Both the position numbers and the translations under genes were made by a program. A model generated the notes under the pieces. The model searched no databases. It saw only the letters and a program-made list of their open reading frames with translations, and was not told where the DNA came from. A stretch of 64,000 nt of DNA from Paraspadella gotoi (taxonomy: Eukaryota; Animalia; Chaetognatha): contig JBJCIZ010001671.1 in NCBI GenBank assembly GCA_051294375.1, positions 17,531-81,530 on the forward strand. Reading direction: 5' to 3'. Positions 61,579 through 64,000 of this stretch are shown piece after piece. Numbering within the stretch: position 1 is the first letter of the stretch; every line of letters starts with the position of its first letter.

Positions 61579-64000
61579 AAGAAAGAGAGAGAGAGAGAGA
61601 GAGAGAAAAGAGAGAGAGTAAGAGAGTGAGAAAGAAAGAGAGAGTGAGAGAGAGAAAGAAAGAAAGAGAGAGATAGATAAAAATGCGTATAAAAACCGCA
61701 AAGTAATTAAATAAAAACCGCGCTCTTTTCCCTTTCTATTTCTCTCTTCTTTTATGAGAAATGAGGAAACCAACCACTGACCAAGCAAAAATATGACAAA
61801 ATTGCTATTTGCATGTTGTTAGTTTTTAGACAACATTATTCCTTAAAACACATTCAGTAGAATATAAATATTCCAAAGCAAAACAGAATTTTTTTTTAAA
61901 AAAAATATGTAAGTTTAAATTGATATTCAATTTTAATAATTATATAAAACGTCTTGATGGTCATTATTATTTAAAACAAAATAAAAAACAATTTTATAAA
62001 TATTTTTCAAGTCTAGGAATAATCATTAGAATGGTGACATCAAATCGGAGGTGGCGGGTGGGATGTGCCGTTATTTAAAACTCAGGCAGTGTTGTAGTGA
62101 GATAGGCGGCGACGGAGGAAGGCAGCAGGCCGTAACCTGGAGGTCGTTTTTGAAAATTCAGGCAGGTGTGCGCCGCCAATTCAAAGCCAAGAAACAAAAT
62201 GCGTCCAAACTACGACGGTCAGAGGCACAACTATAACGACGGAGAATCTTTATTATCCCCACCGTTTCGCCAGCAACGAGAGGCAGCCCCAGTGGCGCCA
62301 ACACCCATTTCGAGCGGCAAAAAGAAGCAACAAATATACTATCGATCCAACACCGACTCTCCCTTTGGACGCTCCCCTACAATTCGCCTAGTCGTAAATC
62401 CACGCCATTCCTTGCGTCAGCCACGCCCACTCCTAACGCCACGACAACGGCCGTTCGTTCGGGGCCTCGGTCCAGATTCCACGACCGAAGAATATGGACG
62501 CTTGCTAGTCGCCAAGGTCTCAACGCTGTCGTTACGACCGCCGGGGAGACTCAGATAAAATTATAGATGTTTCAAATAGACTCCAAAACTATAACTCAGT
62601 GCTTCTCATTTTCTCAACATTTACCATGAAATCATATGTACTTAATATTTTTTAAATTTTAAACTCTTACCTCGTTTGTTCAATTTCTTACATTATAGAT
62701 ATTCAATTTTACTTTTTAGTATTAAACTCAAACCTCTACCGAAAATCCTGTATACTTCAACACACTTAAGTCTATTGATGCCCATCTCGTTTCAACTTAG
62801 AATTACCTGGGTGATTTTCGTCTGGGGGTTGTTAGTTTTGAACCCCAAATGTTTTCCAGCCACACGCTTGATTCGGGGTATCTGATATTCAACCATATTG
62901 AATCGTTACCAAACTTAAATTCGAAGTTGTTTAATTCACTAGCTTAGATCAATTCATAATTTAATTAAATAATAAAATTAAAAAGCGCATGACTCAGGAT
63001 GAACCCCAGGACTTTCCAGCCAGAGCAGCGATCCAGCCAGATGTCACCACTGGCTACGAATAAAGATTGATATTGACTCCAGAGGCTTTTTATGGTTCAA
63101 TCCTACTCTATAGTGTCATCCCTTTTTATGTAACTAAAACAAAAGAACAACCAGAGTAAAGTAAAGTCAGCTGATTCCTTTCTATTTGTTATCCATATCT
63201 GCAACTTATTTTGCATAAACTTCCATTAAAACTTCTGGAAAACCTAACAAAGAAAATTCTTTATTGGAACAGTGTTATTACTTATTCATTGTTAATAACA
63301 TTTGTTAATTCGTTGATTAATTAATTAATTAGGATTATTATTCTTTATGTTGCAATTTCGCATATGGATTATTGTACAAAGCTAATTAGCCTATGAATAT
63401 CTATTATGCTTTGATATTTTATTTAAGCTCTATATCATGAACCAAGCAAAGTTGGTTTAACAAAGATTTTTATCACCAAACCAATAAACAATTCAAGCAC
63501 GTTGCGATGCGACCATCGCCGCCATCTACAGCTACTGCATGAAGAGAGAGAGAAGAGAGAGAGAGAGAAAGGAGAGAGAGGAGGAGAGAGAGCAGACAGA
63601 GAGAGTGAGGAGAGATTGTTTGCATAATTTTTATTTTTGAAAAAAAGAAGAAAGAAAATAGACTTGATTAAGACAATCCCGTTCAAGCGAAACTTTCTTT
63701 TGTTTATCTGTTTGGACCGTGCGCGGAAGAAATTCGGGGTCAGAGAACAGAAAACTCTCGAACGCTGAACCAATAACAACAACAAATACACCTATTAACA
63801 ACAACTACTAATAACAACAACAACCAAAACCATCTTTATATTTATTTGTGAATAATATTCCGAAATCAGAATAATGAGATCAAGCAGAAAATTATACAAA
63901 GTAAAAGTAGGTGTGAAATTATATATGCCTCGCCTCTTTTTTCCTCTAAGCCGGAATTAGCATTTTTGACTCTACTTAGTTGTCCTCACGAAGTCGGACA

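Noticed and set aside
62040-62560. GC-rich patch with a 130-aa ORF
   Set aside because: No recognisable domain or clear splice structure; probably a TE fragment.
62985-63060. tRNA-like sequence on the minus strand
   Set aside because: Only weak A/B-box similarity and no cloverleaf; at best a decayed SINE head, not a tRNA gene.

Overview
This is an AT-rich, microsatellite-rich eukaryotic (probably invertebrate) scaffold window with N gaps. It consists almost entirely of nested transposable elements, and I recognised no host protein-coding gene. (1) The most notable feature is a young 5,783-bp LTR element at 45305-51087. It has 297-bp LTRs with about 6 mismatches, a 4-bp TSD (CTGT), a tRNA-Leu PBS and a PPT. 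It encodes a Gag-like protein with three ESCRT late-domain motifs, a Ty3/Gypsy-type integrase and a chuvirus/herpes-gB-like class III envelope glycoprotein, but no protease, RT or RNase H. Its LTR ends read CA...TG instead of TG...CA. (2) It is inserted into one of two copies of a gag-only BEL/Pao element (42250-53109 and 55314-~60030). (3) A heavily frameshifted BEL/Pao element lies at 12913-30810, with a solo LTR of the same family near 5.3-6.0 kb; all three LTRs carry a conserved GT-AG intron-like segment. (4) The rest includes Helentron-associated (HINE/DINE-like) repeats, a MITE with a visible empty site, long degenerate foldbacks and tandem satellites. All family assignments come from motifs recognised by eye; no database search was run. 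Many frameshifts could be assembly errors.
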